Positions 1-9,027 of a stretch of 64,000 nt of DNA are shown here, one piece after another. The notes under the pieces are model-generated. The model worked only from the letters and a program-made list of their open reading frames with translations. It searched no databases and was not told where the DNA came from. How positions within the stretch are numbered: position 1 is the first letter of the stretch; every line of letters starts with the position of its first letter. Origin of the DNA: Acidaminococcales bacterium (GTDB lineage: Bacteria; Bacillota; Negativicutes; Acidaminococcales; JAISLQ01); contig JAISLQ010000075.1 in NCBI GenBank assembly GCA_031290885.1, positions 41,670-105,669 on the forward strand. Direction: 5' to 3'. The position numbers and the translations under genes were made by a program.

Positions 1-126
1 TACGGCATAGCGCGCCTGAAAGGGAAAACTTGGTCGCAGCGGGCAAAAGCGCTGATTGCCATTGCCCACCCGAAATTTCGGGAAAACCTGATTTTTGAAG
101 GAAAAAAACTCAATATAATAATATAG
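1..126 (+). CDS. 3' end of an acetyl-CoA hydrolase/CoA-transferase family gene (cut by window edge)
   Basis: Frame 1 reads YGIARLKGKTWSQRAKALIAIAHPKFRENLIFEGKKLNIII-stop. The RAxALIxIAHPxFRExL tail is recalled as typical of 4-hydroxybutyrate/acetate CoA-transferases; not searched. Confidence 0.45.
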   Translation, partial: YGIARLKGKTWSQRAKALIAIAHPKFRENLIFEGKKLNIII

Positions 127-142
127 GAAGGATGAATTTATT

Positions 143-1018
143 ATGGCATACGCAACGATTAAGTACGAAGTAAAAGATCGGATTTGCACCATTACGTTGA
201 ACAGGCCGGAAAAACTGAATTCCTACACCCCGCAGATGGCTGCCGATATAAACGCCGCGCTTGACGTGGCCAATCGTGACGACAACATCCGCGCGGTAAT
301 TTTCACAGGTGCGGCCAACACAAAGATACCCGCTTTTTGCGCCGGCTCGGATCTGTCGGAAGGCAATCCGTTCAATTTTTCCGAAACGGATTTTTTCACT
401 ATGAGGGACACAGGCGGCACCAACGCCCTCAGCTTATATAAAATGCGAAAGCCCGTCATTGCCGCCATCAACGGCGCCGCCGTGGGAATTGGCGCGACAT
501 TGCCGCTTTCGATGGACATAAGGGTCATGTCCGAAACGGCAAAAATGGGATTTGTTTTCGTTCGGAGAGGTTTTGTAAACGAAGCTTGTTCCAGCTGGTA
601 CCTATCAAAAATAGTCGGGTTGGCCAAGGCCATGGAATGGGTGTTAAGCGGCCGTTTAATCAAAGCGGACGAAGCTTACAGATGCGGCCTGGTCAATGAC
701 GTCGTGGCGCCGGAGCGCGTCTATGAACGCGCCGTGGAAATTGCCGCTGAAATCCGCGACAACGCGGCGCCGGTATCGGTTGCCCTTTGCCGGCAAATGA
801 TTTATCAGATGGCCGGGACAAGGCATCCCATGACCGCCCACAAGATCGAGTCCGCCTGCTATTACCATATCGGGCAGTTGAGCGACGCGGAAGAAGGCGC
901 CAATTCTTTCTTGGAAAAGCGCCCGCCCGCGTTCAAAAACAGCGTATTTAATGATATGCCGGCCGTATATCCTTGGTTTGACGAGCCGGAATTTCCCAAA
1001 AACATACAATCGGTATAG
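143..1018 (+). CDS. enoyl-CoA hydratase/isomerase (crotonase superfamily)
   Basis: 291-aa ORF. It has TLNRPEKLNS, AVIFTGA, CAGSDL and INGAAVGIG crotonase-type motifs, with a purine-rich RBS upstream. Confidence 0.85.
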   Translation: MAYATIKYEVKDRICTITLNRPEKLNSYTPQMAADINAALDVANRDDNIRAVIFTGAANTKIPAFCAGSDLSEGNPFNFSETDFFTMRDTGGTNALSLYKMRKPVIAAINGAAVGIGATLPLSMDIRVMSETAKMGFVFVRRGFVNEACSSWYLSKIVGLAKAMEWVLSGRLIKADEAYRCGLVNDVVAPERVYERAVEIAAEIRDNAAPVSVALCRQMIYQMAGTRHPMTAHKIESACYYHIGQLSDAEEGANSFLEKRPPAFKNSVFNDMPAVYPWFDEPEFPKNIQSV

Positions 1019-1059
1019 TTTCAGCCTCTGTATCCGGGCGAAAGGGAGCCGAGGCGTCA

Positions 1060-2007
1060 ATGACAAACAAACTTACGGAACTATTGGGCATTAAATGTCC
1101 CATCATCCAGGGCGGCATGGCTTATGTTTCGGACGCGGCGCTGGCGGCGGCCGTCTCCAACGCCGGCGGCGCGGGCGTCATAGCGCTGGGCGGGCGCGAT
1201 GCCGATTGGGCGCGCGCGCAAATCAGAAAAGCTAAGTCCCTGACCGACAAAACCTTTGGCGTCAATATCGCCTTGATAGAACCTAACGTCAAAGAACTCG
1301 TCCAAGCCGTATGTGAGGAAAAACCGGCTTTCGCGGCTACCGGCGCGGGCAACCCCGTTCCCTGGATAGACGCGTTCCATCGGGCGGGGATCAAAGTCAT
1401 GCCGGTCGTCCCGAGCGTAAAGCTGGCCAGGCGGGTGGAAGACGCGGGAGCGGACGCCCTGGTCATAGAAGGGATGGAAGCGGGAGGGCATATCGGTACG
1501 CTGACGACCATGGCCCTGATGAGCAACGTCATACCGCAAATAACGAAAATACCGGTCGTCGCCGGCGGCGGCATCGCCGACGGCCGAGCCCTCGCCGCGG
1601 CGTTAGTCATGGGCGCGGCGGGCGTGCAGATAGGGTCGCGTTTTCTCATCAGCGCCGAAAGCCCCGCCCATCCCAAAGCCAAAGAAAAAATTATCGGTGC
1701 CACGGACACGGACAGCGCAGTTACGGGGTTTTCCCGCAAAGCGGGCGTACGCGGCCTAAAAAACGCTTTCACGGAAAAATTCCTGCGGCTGGAAACATCC
1801 GGCGCCCCCATCGAGGAACTCAACGCCCTGTCCACAGGAACGAACCGCCTGGCGCTTATTGAAGGCGACGTTGACAACGGTTTCGTGCAAGCCGGGCAAA
1901 GCCTCAACCTTTTGACCAAAATACAGCCTTGCGCGGAAATCATCGCGGAAATCATGAGCGACGCGCGCAAAATCCTCTCCGACGCCCCTAAAATAGCGCT
2001 ATATTAA
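1060..2007 (+). CDS. FMN-dependent nitronate monooxygenase / FabK-like enoyl-ACP reductase II family protein
   Basis: 315-aa ORF with the NPD/FabK-family motifs IIQGGMAYVS, EGMEAGGHIG and VVAGGGIADGR. Confidence 0.8.
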   Translation: MTNKLTELLGIKCPIIQGGMAYVSDAALAAAVSNAGGAGVIALGGRDADWARAQIRKAKSLTDKTFGVNIALIEPNVKELVQAVCEEKPAFAATGAGNPVPWIDAFHRAGIKVMPVVPSVKLARRVEDAGADALVIEGMEAGGHIGTLTTMALMSNVIPQITKIPVVAGGGIADGRALAAALVMGAAGVQIGSRFLISAESPAHPKAKEKIIGATDTDSAVTGFSRKAGVRGLKNAFTEKFLRLETSGAPIEELNALSTGTNRLALIEGDVDNGFVQAGQSLNLLTKIQPCAEIIAEIMSDARKILSDAPKIALY

Positions 2008-2015
2008 AGAGCGGC

Positions 2016-2059
2016 AAGACATAAGCCCTGCTTTTACACGCGGGGCTTACGTCTTGTTT
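2016..2059 (+). terminator. putative intrinsic terminator after the FabK-like gene
   Basis: AAGACATAAGCCC ... GGGCTTACGTCTT forms a 13-bp stem with one mismatch, followed by a short T-rich tail. Confidence 0.4.
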
Positions 2060-2180
2060 AAAAACAATTCGCTCAAAAGCCGCGAAAAGCGCGAAGGCGA
2101 GGAAAGAATCATCCCTATGTTTTGCCTATCGCAGGGCGGCAATTTTTCTTGCGAATCTTATCCGTGTCCCGGGGCCGGCA

Positions 2181-2813
2181 TCAATCAGACGCTTTCTTGT
2201 CCTTGCCCCTGCCTCGTTCCCTTTCCCTGCCGGCGCGCAAAAAGTCCATGCCCTTGTACAGATTGTCCCTGTCATCCTGATCTATGGCGAGATAACGCTT
2301 GGTTACCTCATAGGAAGAATGGTTGTAGACGTCCATAATGAGAACCGGCGATTTTTGCGCCCGCCAAGCGTGATAACCCAAGGTCTTGCGCAAAGAATGG
2401 GGGCAAATGCGCCCGGCAATATTAAGATATAAAGCCGTGTCTTTTATTATCCGCCAGGCCTGGCTGCGGCTGAGCGGTTTTTCTTTGCTTCTGCCGCCGG
2501 GAAAAAGATAATTTCCGCTATGCGCCCGGCCGCCGGCGAAACAGGTTTTCAGCGCCTCTTTGGCGTCCCGGTTCAAAGCGATGAGCCTTTCTTTGCCGGT
2601 TTTGCTTTCTTTTACGGCAAGGTGGCTCCTGAACCTTTTCCCGGCAAAATCATAGACCTGTTCCCAGGTGAGGGAAAGCAGGTCGCTGACGCGGAGCGCG
2701 GTAGCGATCCCCAGCACGATGAGGAGATAATTGCGGCGCTGCCCTTTATTCAGGCAATAAAGGGCTATTTTGCGTATGTCGCGCTTTTTTCTGATTGGGT
2801 CGGCCTTGTTCAT
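2181..2813 (-). CDS. small tyrosine recombinase (catalytic domain only, about 210 aa)
   Basis: Starts at the internal ATG (MNKADPIRKK...). ALRVSDL (Arg), HSLRKT (HxxR) and TKRYL (Tyr) are catalytic signatures of phage-integrase/Xer/Fim-type recombinases. Confidence 0.8.
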   Translation of the reverse strand: MNKADPIRKKRDIRKIALYCLNKGQRRNYLLIVLGIATALRVSDLLSLTWEQVYDFAGKRFRSHLAVKESKTGKERLIALNRDAKEALKTCFAGGRAHSGNYLFPGGRSKEKPLSRSQAWRIIKDTALYLNIAGRICPHSLRKTLGYHAWRAQKSPVLIMDVYNHSSYEVTKRYLAIDQDDRDNLYKGMDFLRAGRERERGRGKDKKASD

Positions 2814-2898
2814 TTTGACAAACACATCCTTTTCTTTTTTTACTATGTCATTATAAAAAATAGTCAGGACGGCGTATTGGCTGCGAGTTCTGCGGCGA

Positions 2899-2925
2899 CA
2901 TAACAAACATAACAAACATAACAAA
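2899..2925. repeat. perfect tandem repeat CATAACAAA x3
   Basis: Read directly at 2899-2907, 2908-2916 and 2917-2925, about 90 bp upstream of the recombinase start. Confidence 0.9.
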
Positions 2926-2950
2926 TTAGATTATAGTGCGGTTTTCGCGG

Positions 2951-2994
2951 AAAAGCCAACGCGACACAATGGCCATTGTGTCGCGTTGGCTTTT
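2951..2994. terminator. bidirectional hairpin terminator between folC and the recombinase gene
   Basis: AAAAGCCAACGCGACACAATGG/CCATTGTGTCGCGTTGGCTTTT is a perfect 44-nt palindrome flanked by A-run and T-run. Confidence 0.6.
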
Positions 2995-3034
2995 CCTTTG
3001 TTCCCCTGCCGGAGGATTTTTTGCGAGGCGTTTC

Positions 3035-4336
3035 TCAGGGCGCCGCATCCCCTCTTGCCGACTGGCTTTTCCAAATGCTTTTGGCCTGGCCGGCCAGATA
3101 CAAAGAGCCGGCGATACAGACCGCCCCGTCCTCCCCCGCGTCGGCTTCCGCTTGCCTAAGGGCGTTTTCCAAGTCATCGGCTACCGAATTTTTGCCCCGG
3201 CTGTATTTTACGATTTCGTCCGGGCTGGCCGCCCGCGCGCTGCTGTCCGCCGGCACCGCGATCAAGGAGTCTTCTTCGCCCACCAGTTCTTCGACTATGC
3301 CTTTTATATCTTTGTCTTTCATTATGCCCAGCACGAAAGAAATCCTTTTGCCCGGGCAGTATTTGTTGAGCGCCGCCCGCAGCGCGATCGCGCCGCTGAG
3401 GTTATGCGCGCCGTCCAATATTACGCAGGGCGCTTTGGAATAAAGCTCCAACCGCCCGGGCCATTTTACCGTCTCGAGCCCCTTTTGCATGGAAGCGACG
3501 GTTATTTCCGGATGTTTGGCGCACAAAAGCCTTGCCGCCATAACCGCCAGGGCGGCGTTGGTCACTTGGTGGTCGCCGCCCAGTGCCAATTTAAAATTGG
3601 CCACAAAATCGCCGCTTCGGAAAATGAAGCGCTGTTGCGTCAAGTCGCCGCCCAGCCCGATCGCCGTAAAATCCGAGCGGAATATATGAATGGGGCAGCG
3701 CAGGGAGGCCGCCTTGTCTATCAGCGTATTGAGCGCGACGCTTTCCGCCGCGGTTACGACCGGCACGCCGGGTTTGATGATGCCGGCTTTTTCCTGCGCG
3801 ACGTTTTCTATCGTTTCGCCCAAATATTCTATATGGTCAATCGCCACATTGGTAATAACGGAACACTCGGGCGTTATCACGTTGGTCGCGTCCCACCGGC
3901 CGCCCATGCCTACTTCCAGCACGGCGGCGGCAATCCCGGCCTTTTGGAAAAGCCGGAAGGCGGCGGCGGTAACCAGTTCAAACTGGCTGGGTTCCTCAAG
4001 CTCCTCGCCGGCCTCCTTCGCCGCTTGCGCCACCGCGCCGACGGCTTCGCCGAATTCCTCGTCGGTAACGTCGCGCCCGCAGATGTTTATGCGTTCGTTC
4101 CACTTCTCCAAGTGCGGGGAAGTGAACTTGCCCACCTTGAGCCCGGACGCCTCAAATATGCTGGTCAGCATGCTGGTTACCGATCCTTTGCCGTTGGTGC
4201 CGGTCACATGCACATAAAAGATCCCTTCCTGCGGCCGGCCGAGCTTGTCCAGCAAGATCTTTATCCGCTCCAGCCCAGGTTTTATCCCGTGGTTGCCTTT
4301 CCCTGTCAGATAGTTTAAAGTTTCCTGGTAATTCAT
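3035..4336 (-). CDS. folC: bifunctional folylpolyglutamate synthase/dihydrofolate synthase
   Basis: 433 aa. It has a HVTGTNGKGS P-loop and overall Mur-ligase/FolC layout, and sits directly downstream of valS as in many Bacillota. Confidence 0.9.
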   Translation of the reverse strand: MNYQETLNYLTGKGNHGIKPGLERIKILLDKLGRPQEGIFYVHVTGTNGKGSVTSMLTSIFEASGLKVGKFTSPHLEKWNERINICGRDVTDEEFGEAVGAVAQAAKEAGEELEEPSQFELVTAAAFRLFQKAGIAAAVLEVGMGGRWDATNVITPECSVITNVAIDHIEYLGETIENVAQEKAGIIKPGVPVVTAAESVALNTLIDKAASLRCPIHIFRSDFTAIGLGGDLTQQRFIFRSGDFVANFKLALGGDHQVTNAALAVMAARLLCAKHPEITVASMQKGLETVKWPGRLELYSKAPCVILDGAHNLSGAIALRAALNKYCPGKRISFVLGIMKDKDIKGIVEELVGEEDSLIAVPADSSARAASPDEIVKYSRGKNSVADDLENALRQAEADAGEDGAVCIAGSLYLAGQAKSIWKSQSARGDAAP

Positions 4337-4530
4337 GTTTTCACCCCGGTAACAAAATTAATGGCCTTTACGCCGTTCCCCGATTAAACCCAAGCTGCGC
4401 GGGCAAACTTTTCGCCCCATCAAGCGCAAAAAGCGCTCAGGAAAGGCCTGGCGACGATTTCGGGCAAAGCGGCAAGGCAAATTGCCGCTTTGTCAGCCGG
4501 GGCGGCAATCCCTGGAAGCCGCCGCGACCG

Positions 4531-7194
4531 TCAGGCAAGGCCGGCAAGATATGCCATCCGCTCTTTGAGCGCCGCCAGCCTCTCTCCACATTCCCGGCGT
4601 TTTTCCTCTTCTTTGGCCACCACCGCAGCTGGCGCCTTCGCCAAAAATTCCCGGTTGGCCAGTTTGTCGACAAGGCGGCTCAATTCTTTCTCCAGCGCCT
4701 CCTTCTCTTTGCCCAGCCGGCCGGCCTCTTTTTCTACATCAATAAGGCCGCGCAAAGGCAGATATATCTCCGCGCCGGAAATTACCGAAGTTACGGCGTT
4801 TTCCGGCTTAGGGGCGTCGCCAGGGGATATTTCCACCTGTTCCGCCATCGCCAAAGTTTCAATATAACCGGCCTGCTCCCGCAAAACACGCCGCAGCCCA
4901 CTGTCCGGCGACTGCAATATGACGCTGATTTTTTTCCCGGGCGCAACGTCCATCTGCGCCCGCATGTTGCGTATTGCCCGTACACTGTCCATAATCAGCC
5001 GCATATCGCTTTCCGCGCCTTCGTCTACAAGGCCGGCGCCCCCCCCTTGGGGCCAGGCCGCCGTCATTATGCTCACGCCCTCTTCTTTGCGCGGCAGCGC
5101 CTGCCAGATTTCTTCCGTAATGAAAGGCATGAAAGGATGCAAAAGCTTCAGCGCGCCTTCCCATACCTCGCGCAAGGTATCCTGCGCGCGTTGGCGTTCA
5201 CCTGCGGCTTCTTTGTCGTAAAGCGCCGGTTTGGACAGTTCAATGTACCAGCCGCAAAACTCGTCCCAGATAAATTCATAGACGAGCCGCGCCGCTTCGC
5301 CTATTTCATATTTTTCCAGCAAAGCGGTGGTTTCCTTTGCCGCGCGGGCAAAACGCGAAAGTATCCAGCGATCCGCCAGCCGGCAGGGAGAGGGGATGCC
5401 CTGCCCCGCCTTGTAATCTTCCAGGTTCATAAGGACAAAGCGCGCGGCGTTCCATATTTTGTTGGCAAAGTTGCGGCTGGCCTCCGCCTTTTCCCAATAA
5501 AACCGCATATCGTTGCCCGGCGCGCTGCCGGTAACCAAAGTAAAGCGCAGGCTGTCGGCGCCGTATTTTTCAATTACTTCCAAGGGGTCTATGCCGTTGC
5601 CCAGGGATTTGCTCATCTTCCTGCCCTGGCCGTCGCGGACAAGGCCGTGGATGAATACATGGCGGAAAGGCGGGGCTTGCTGGAATTCCAGCCCCATGAC
5701 CATCATGCGCGCCACCCAGAAAAAAATTATGTCATAAGCGGTAACCAACACGCTGGTCGGATAAAAAAACGACAAGTCTTCGGTCCGGTCAGGCCAGCCC
5801 AAGGTAGAAAAAGGCCACAGGGCGGAACTGAACCAAGTGTCAAGCACGTCCTCGTCCTGGCGCGTATGGCCGCCGCATTCAGGGCAGGCGGCGACATCCC
5901 ACGCCGAAACGACCGTCTGCCCGCATTTTTCGCAATACCAGGCGGGTATGCGGTGTCCCCACCAAATCTGCCGGGAAATGCACCAATCGCGGATGTTTTC
6001 CAGCCAGTTTTCGTAAATTTTGGCAAAGCGCCCGGGAACAAAACGGGTTCGCCCGTCTTTTACCGCCGCCAGCGGCTCGGCGGCCAGCGGCGCCATTTTG
6101 ACAAACCACTGCAAGGAGACCAAAGGCTCCGTCACCGTGCCGCAGCGCTGGCAATGGCCCACCGCGTGCGCGTGCTTCTCGACCCCGGCCAAGAGCCCTT
6201 CTGCTTCGATTTTGCGCACGATGGCTTCGCGGCAGGCGTAACGGTCCATGCCCACGAATTCCCCGGCGGCGGCCGTCATGAAACCTTCTTTGTCTATGAC
6301 CACGATTTGCGCAAGGGCATGCCGCTCGCCTATGGCAAAATCGTTAGGGTCATGGGCGGGCGTTACCTTGACCGCGCCGGTGCCGAAAGCCGGGTCGACA
6401 TATTCGTCGGCGATCACCGGCACTATTCGCCCGCAGGCGGGCACGCGCAATTTCCGGCCGACGAAGCGCCCGTAGCGGCCATCGCCCGGATGCACGGCCA
6501 CCGCCGTGTCGCCCGGGATGGTTTCCGGCCGGGTGGTCGCGACCGTGACAAAAGAATCTTCGCCGTCGGCCAGCGGGTAGCGCACCTGCCAGAGAAAACC
6601 GTCCTGCTCCTCGTGTTCCACTTCTATGTCGCTCAAAGCGGTATGGCAGTTCACGCACCAGTTGGTCATGCGCAGGCCGCGATAGACAAGGCCTTTTTCA
6701 TACAGGCGGACGAATACCTCGCGCACGGCGCGGGAACACCCCTCGTCCAAGGTGAACCGCTCCCGCTCCCAGTCGCAGGAAGAACCCAGCCGGCGGAGCT
6801 GATTGGCAATCCGCCCGCCGTATTTTTGTTTCCATTGCCAGACCCGCTCGATGAACTTTTCCCGCCCCAGGTCGTAACGGCTCAAATTTTCCTCTTTCCG
6901 CAAAGTTTCTTCCAATTTTGCCTGGGTGGCGATGCCGGCATGATCGGTCCCCGGCAGCCAAAGCGCGCTATAGCCCTGCATCCGCCGCCAGCGGATCAAA
7001 ATGTCCTGGAAGGTGCCATCGGCGGCGTGCCCCATGTGCAGCTGCCCGGTAACATTGGGCGGCGGTATGACTATGCAAAAAGGTTTTTTAGCTTGCGACG
7101 GCTCCACGTGAAACAATCGGTTTTCTTCCCAGAACCCGTACCATTTCCCCTCTACCGACTGCGGATCGTATACTGTGGGTATATTTTTTATCAT
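4531..7194 (-). CDS. valS: valine--tRNA ligase
   Basis: 887 aa with PPPNVTGQLHMGHA (HIGH), KMSKSLGN (KMSKS) and a C-terminal coiled coil. Confidence 0.97.
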   Translation of the reverse strand: MIKNIPTVYDPQSVEGKWYGFWEENRLFHVEPSQAKKPFCIVIPPPNVTGQLHMGHAADGTFQDILIRWRRMQGYSALWLPGTDHAGIATQAKLEETLRKEENLSRYDLGREKFIERVWQWKQKYGGRIANQLRRLGSSCDWERERFTLDEGCSRAVREVFVRLYEKGLVYRGLRMTNWCVNCHTALSDIEVEHEEQDGFLWQVRYPLADGEDSFVTVATTRPETIPGDTAVAVHPGDGRYGRFVGRKLRVPACGRIVPVIADEYVDPAFGTGAVKVTPAHDPNDFAIGERHALAQIVVIDKEGFMTAAAGEFVGMDRYACREAIVRKIEAEGLLAGVEKHAHAVGHCQRCGTVTEPLVSLQWFVKMAPLAAEPLAAVKDGRTRFVPGRFAKIYENWLENIRDWCISRQIWWGHRIPAWYCEKCGQTVVSAWDVAACPECGGHTRQDEDVLDTWFSSALWPFSTLGWPDRTEDLSFFYPTSVLVTAYDIIFFWVARMMVMGLEFQQAPPFRHVFIHGLVRDGQGRKMSKSLGNGIDPLEVIEKYGADSLRFTLVTGSAPGNDMRFYWEKAEASRNFANKIWNAARFVLMNLEDYKAGQGIPSPCRLADRWILSRFARAAKETTALLEKYEIGEAARLVYEFIWDEFCGWYIELSKPALYDKEAAGERQRAQDTLREVWEGALKLLHPFMPFITEEIWQALPRKEEGVSIMTAAWPQGGGAGLVDEGAESDMRLIMDSVRAIRNMRAQMDVAPGKKISVILQSPDSGLRRVLREQAGYIETLAMAEQVEISPGDAPKPENAVTSVISGAEIYLPLRGLIDVEKEAGRLGKEKEALEKELSRLVDKLANREFLAKAPAAVVAKEEEKRRECGERLAALKERMAYLAGLA

Positions 7195-7231
7195 TGGCAG
7201 CCTCCTGCAAAAATGCCATGGAAAGTCTTCG

Positions 7232-8311
7232 TCAAAGGGAAAGCGGCGGCGGCCCCTGGCCGTGCGGACGGGTAAAATACCACTTCAGGCAAAGCGGCAT
7301 GACAAAATTCAAAAAAAGCAAACGGAAAAGCTGATAAGCCAATATTATCGGCACATTTTCCCCCAGCGCCATGCCGGTTATGCTCATTTCGGCGGCCCCG
7401 CCCGGCGCGCAGGCCAAAAAGGCGGTGGCCAGGCTAAATCCCAGCAAATTACTCAAAAAATAGCCGATAACCAAACTGCCGGCGACGATCATAAGCGCGC
7501 CAAGCAAGCAAACGGGGAAAAGCCGGTGATTTTTGCTCAACTGGAAAGGATCGATAAAAGTGCCCAGATACAGGCCGGTCGTAACCTGGGCGACATTGAC
7601 CAGCCAAACCGGCGCTGCCGGCAAAGGGACGTTCGCATAGATAGACAAGGCGCTGGCGGCGACGATCGGCCCTACGAAGAAAGAGGACGGAAAACGCATA
7701 AACTCAAAAAGCAGCGCGCCAAAGACGGCGGCCAGCGCCAACTGCCAATAAGAAAAGGCGAAATCCCACACCGTATGCAGATTGGCCGCCGCCACCGCCT
7801 GGCCGCTTGCGCCGAAACCATAGGCCAGCAAAACGGGAACCACGGCGATGGACATCATCAGCCGCACCGTCTGCAAAACGGCGACCACGCCAATATCCGC
7901 GCCCGGTATATTTTCGCAAATAAGCATCATGGGGGTAAGGCCGCCCGGCATATTGCCGATCACGCTGCTGGCGTAGCTTACGCCGGTAGTGCGGGTAGTC
8001 AGGAAAGCCAAAAAAACGCTCAGCGCTATGGCGGCGAAAGTAGCCAAGGTGATTCCCGGCAGTTGGTGCATTATTTCCCGTGCGGCTTCGTTTGTCACAT
8101 AGGCGCCGATGTTGTAGCCCAGGGGGATCAAAAAAAGGTTGCGCAGGCCGCGGGGGAAAAATACCTGCGCCGGGTAACGCAATTTCAGCATGGCCGTCCA
8201 AAGCATCGGCCCTAAAATCCAAGGCAAAGGGATGCCCAACTGCAAAAAAAGAAGCGCGCTGCCAAGCCCTCCTATTACCATCGCCAAACGCGCCAAATAA
8301 ACATTGCCCAT
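7232..8311 (-). CDS. AbrB-duplication family integral membrane protein
   Basis: Polytopic hydrophobic ORF. The start is set at the internal ATG (MGNVYLARLAMVIGG...), because the upstream part of the listed ORF is Arg/Gly-rich and overlaps engB. Confidence 0.65.
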   Translation of the reverse strand: MGNVYLARLAMVIGGLGSALLFLQLGIPLPWILGPMLWTAMLKLRYPAQVFFPRGLRNLFLIPLGYNIGAYVTNEAAREIMHQLPGITLATFAAIALSVFLAFLTTRTTGVSYASSVIGNMPGGLTPMMLICENIPGADIGVVAVLQTVRLMMSIAVVPVLLAYGFGASGQAVAAANLHTVWDFAFSYWQLALAAVFGALLFEFMRFPSSFFVGPIVAASALSIYANVPLPAAPVWLVNVAQVTTGLYLGTFIDPFQLSKNHRLFPVCLLGALMIVAGSLVIGYFLSNLLGFSLATAFLACAPGGAAEMSITGMALGENVPIILAYQLFRLLFLNFVMPLCLKWYFTRPHGQGPPPLSL

Positions 8312-8403
8312 CTTTTTACACTTCCCGGCGAGGCGGCGGCCCCGATATTTGCCGCATCGACTGCGGTAATGGGCGGCGGCCGGCACAGGCGGCCGCTCCC
8401 GGT

Positions 8404-9027
8404 TTACAATCCCCTGACGATATTGCCGATAAGTTCCGTCCGGCCGGTATTTTTTACCGCAGAGTACATAACCGCCCGCGCCAGATCCAAAGAAAGCGCC
8501 CGGCAAAGCCGCGCCTTCTGCGCGGCGGCGGCGGCGGCGGACAATTTGTCCGCTTTGGTCAGCGCCACTATGACGGGGATGCCCTCAGCGGCGAGCCACT
8601 CGTAACATTCACGGTCGTTCTGCATCAAATCGTGCCTTATATCTATAAGCTGGCAAAGAATTCTCAAATAGGGAGAGGACGTAACATATCGCCTGATAAA
8701 TCCGGCCCAGGCGGCTTTGTCCGCCTTGGACGCTTTGGCGAAGCCGTATCCGGGAAGATCCACGAGGAAAAACTCTTTGGTGGCGGCGTCGCCGCCGGTC
8801 GTTTTAGCTTGCGCGGCAAAAAAATTTATGGTCCTCGTCTTGCCGGGCGATCCGCTTACCTTGGCCAAACGGCTGCGGCGGCAAAGAGAGTTGATGAGCG
8901 ACGACTTGCCGACGTTCGACCTGCCGATAAAAGCCGCCTCCGGCCAACCGTCCGGCGGATACTGGGCGGGCGTTACGGCCGAAATTACATAGCGCGCACT
9001 GACTATGTCCCATGTTTGTTCAGGCAT
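8404..9027 (-). CDS. engB: ribosome biogenesis GTP-binding protein YsxC/EngB
   Basis: 207 aa with a [13 protein letters not shown]-loop, DLPGYG and TKADK motifs. It lies downstream of lon as in Bacillus. Confidence 0.9.
   Translation of the reverse strand: MPEQTWDIVSARYVISAVTPAQYPPDGWPEAAFIGRSNVGKSSLINSLCRRSRLAKVSGSPGKTRTINFFAAQAKTTGGDAATKEFFLVDLPGYGFAKASKADKAAWAGFIRRYVTSSPYLRILCQLIDIRHDLMQNDRECYEWLAAEGIPVIVALTKADKLSAAAAAAQKARLCRALSLDLARAVMYSAVKNTGRTELIGNIVRGL

Noticed and set aside
2076-2956. Possible inverted repeats (CCGCGAAAAGCGC near 2076-2090 vs GCGGTTTTCGCGG at 2941-2953) flanking the recombinase gene as an invertible element.
   Set aside because: The match is 13 nt with a mismatch, and both copies sit in terminator-like GC/A-run contexts that are common in this genome. 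That is too weak to call an inversion switch.
7195-7231. Expected T-box leader upstream of valS.
   Set aside because: Only 37 bp separate valS from the preceding gene, which leaves no room for a T-box. valS appears to be co-transcribed with the upstream genes.
5047-7275. 742-aa plus-strand ORF opposite valS. Similar long ORFs occur at 2936-4318 opposite folC, 9809-11737 opposite lon/clpX, 51367-53349 opposite mnmE/mnmG, 32304-33371 opposite gyrB and 53810-54718 opposite mnmG/rsmG.
   Set aside because: These are shadow frames typical of G+C-rich DNA. They are Arg/Gly/Pro/Ala-rich and low in complexity, have no RBS, and each fully overlaps a strongly conserved gene on the other strand.
8521-8540. 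(GCG)n trinucleotide run inside engB, and an (AAC)5 run at about 23786-23800 inside the FtsA-like gene, as possible phase-variation tracts.
   Set aside because: Both are in-frame codon repeats (poly-Ala and poly-Asn). Slippage would change length but not reading frame, and both are short.
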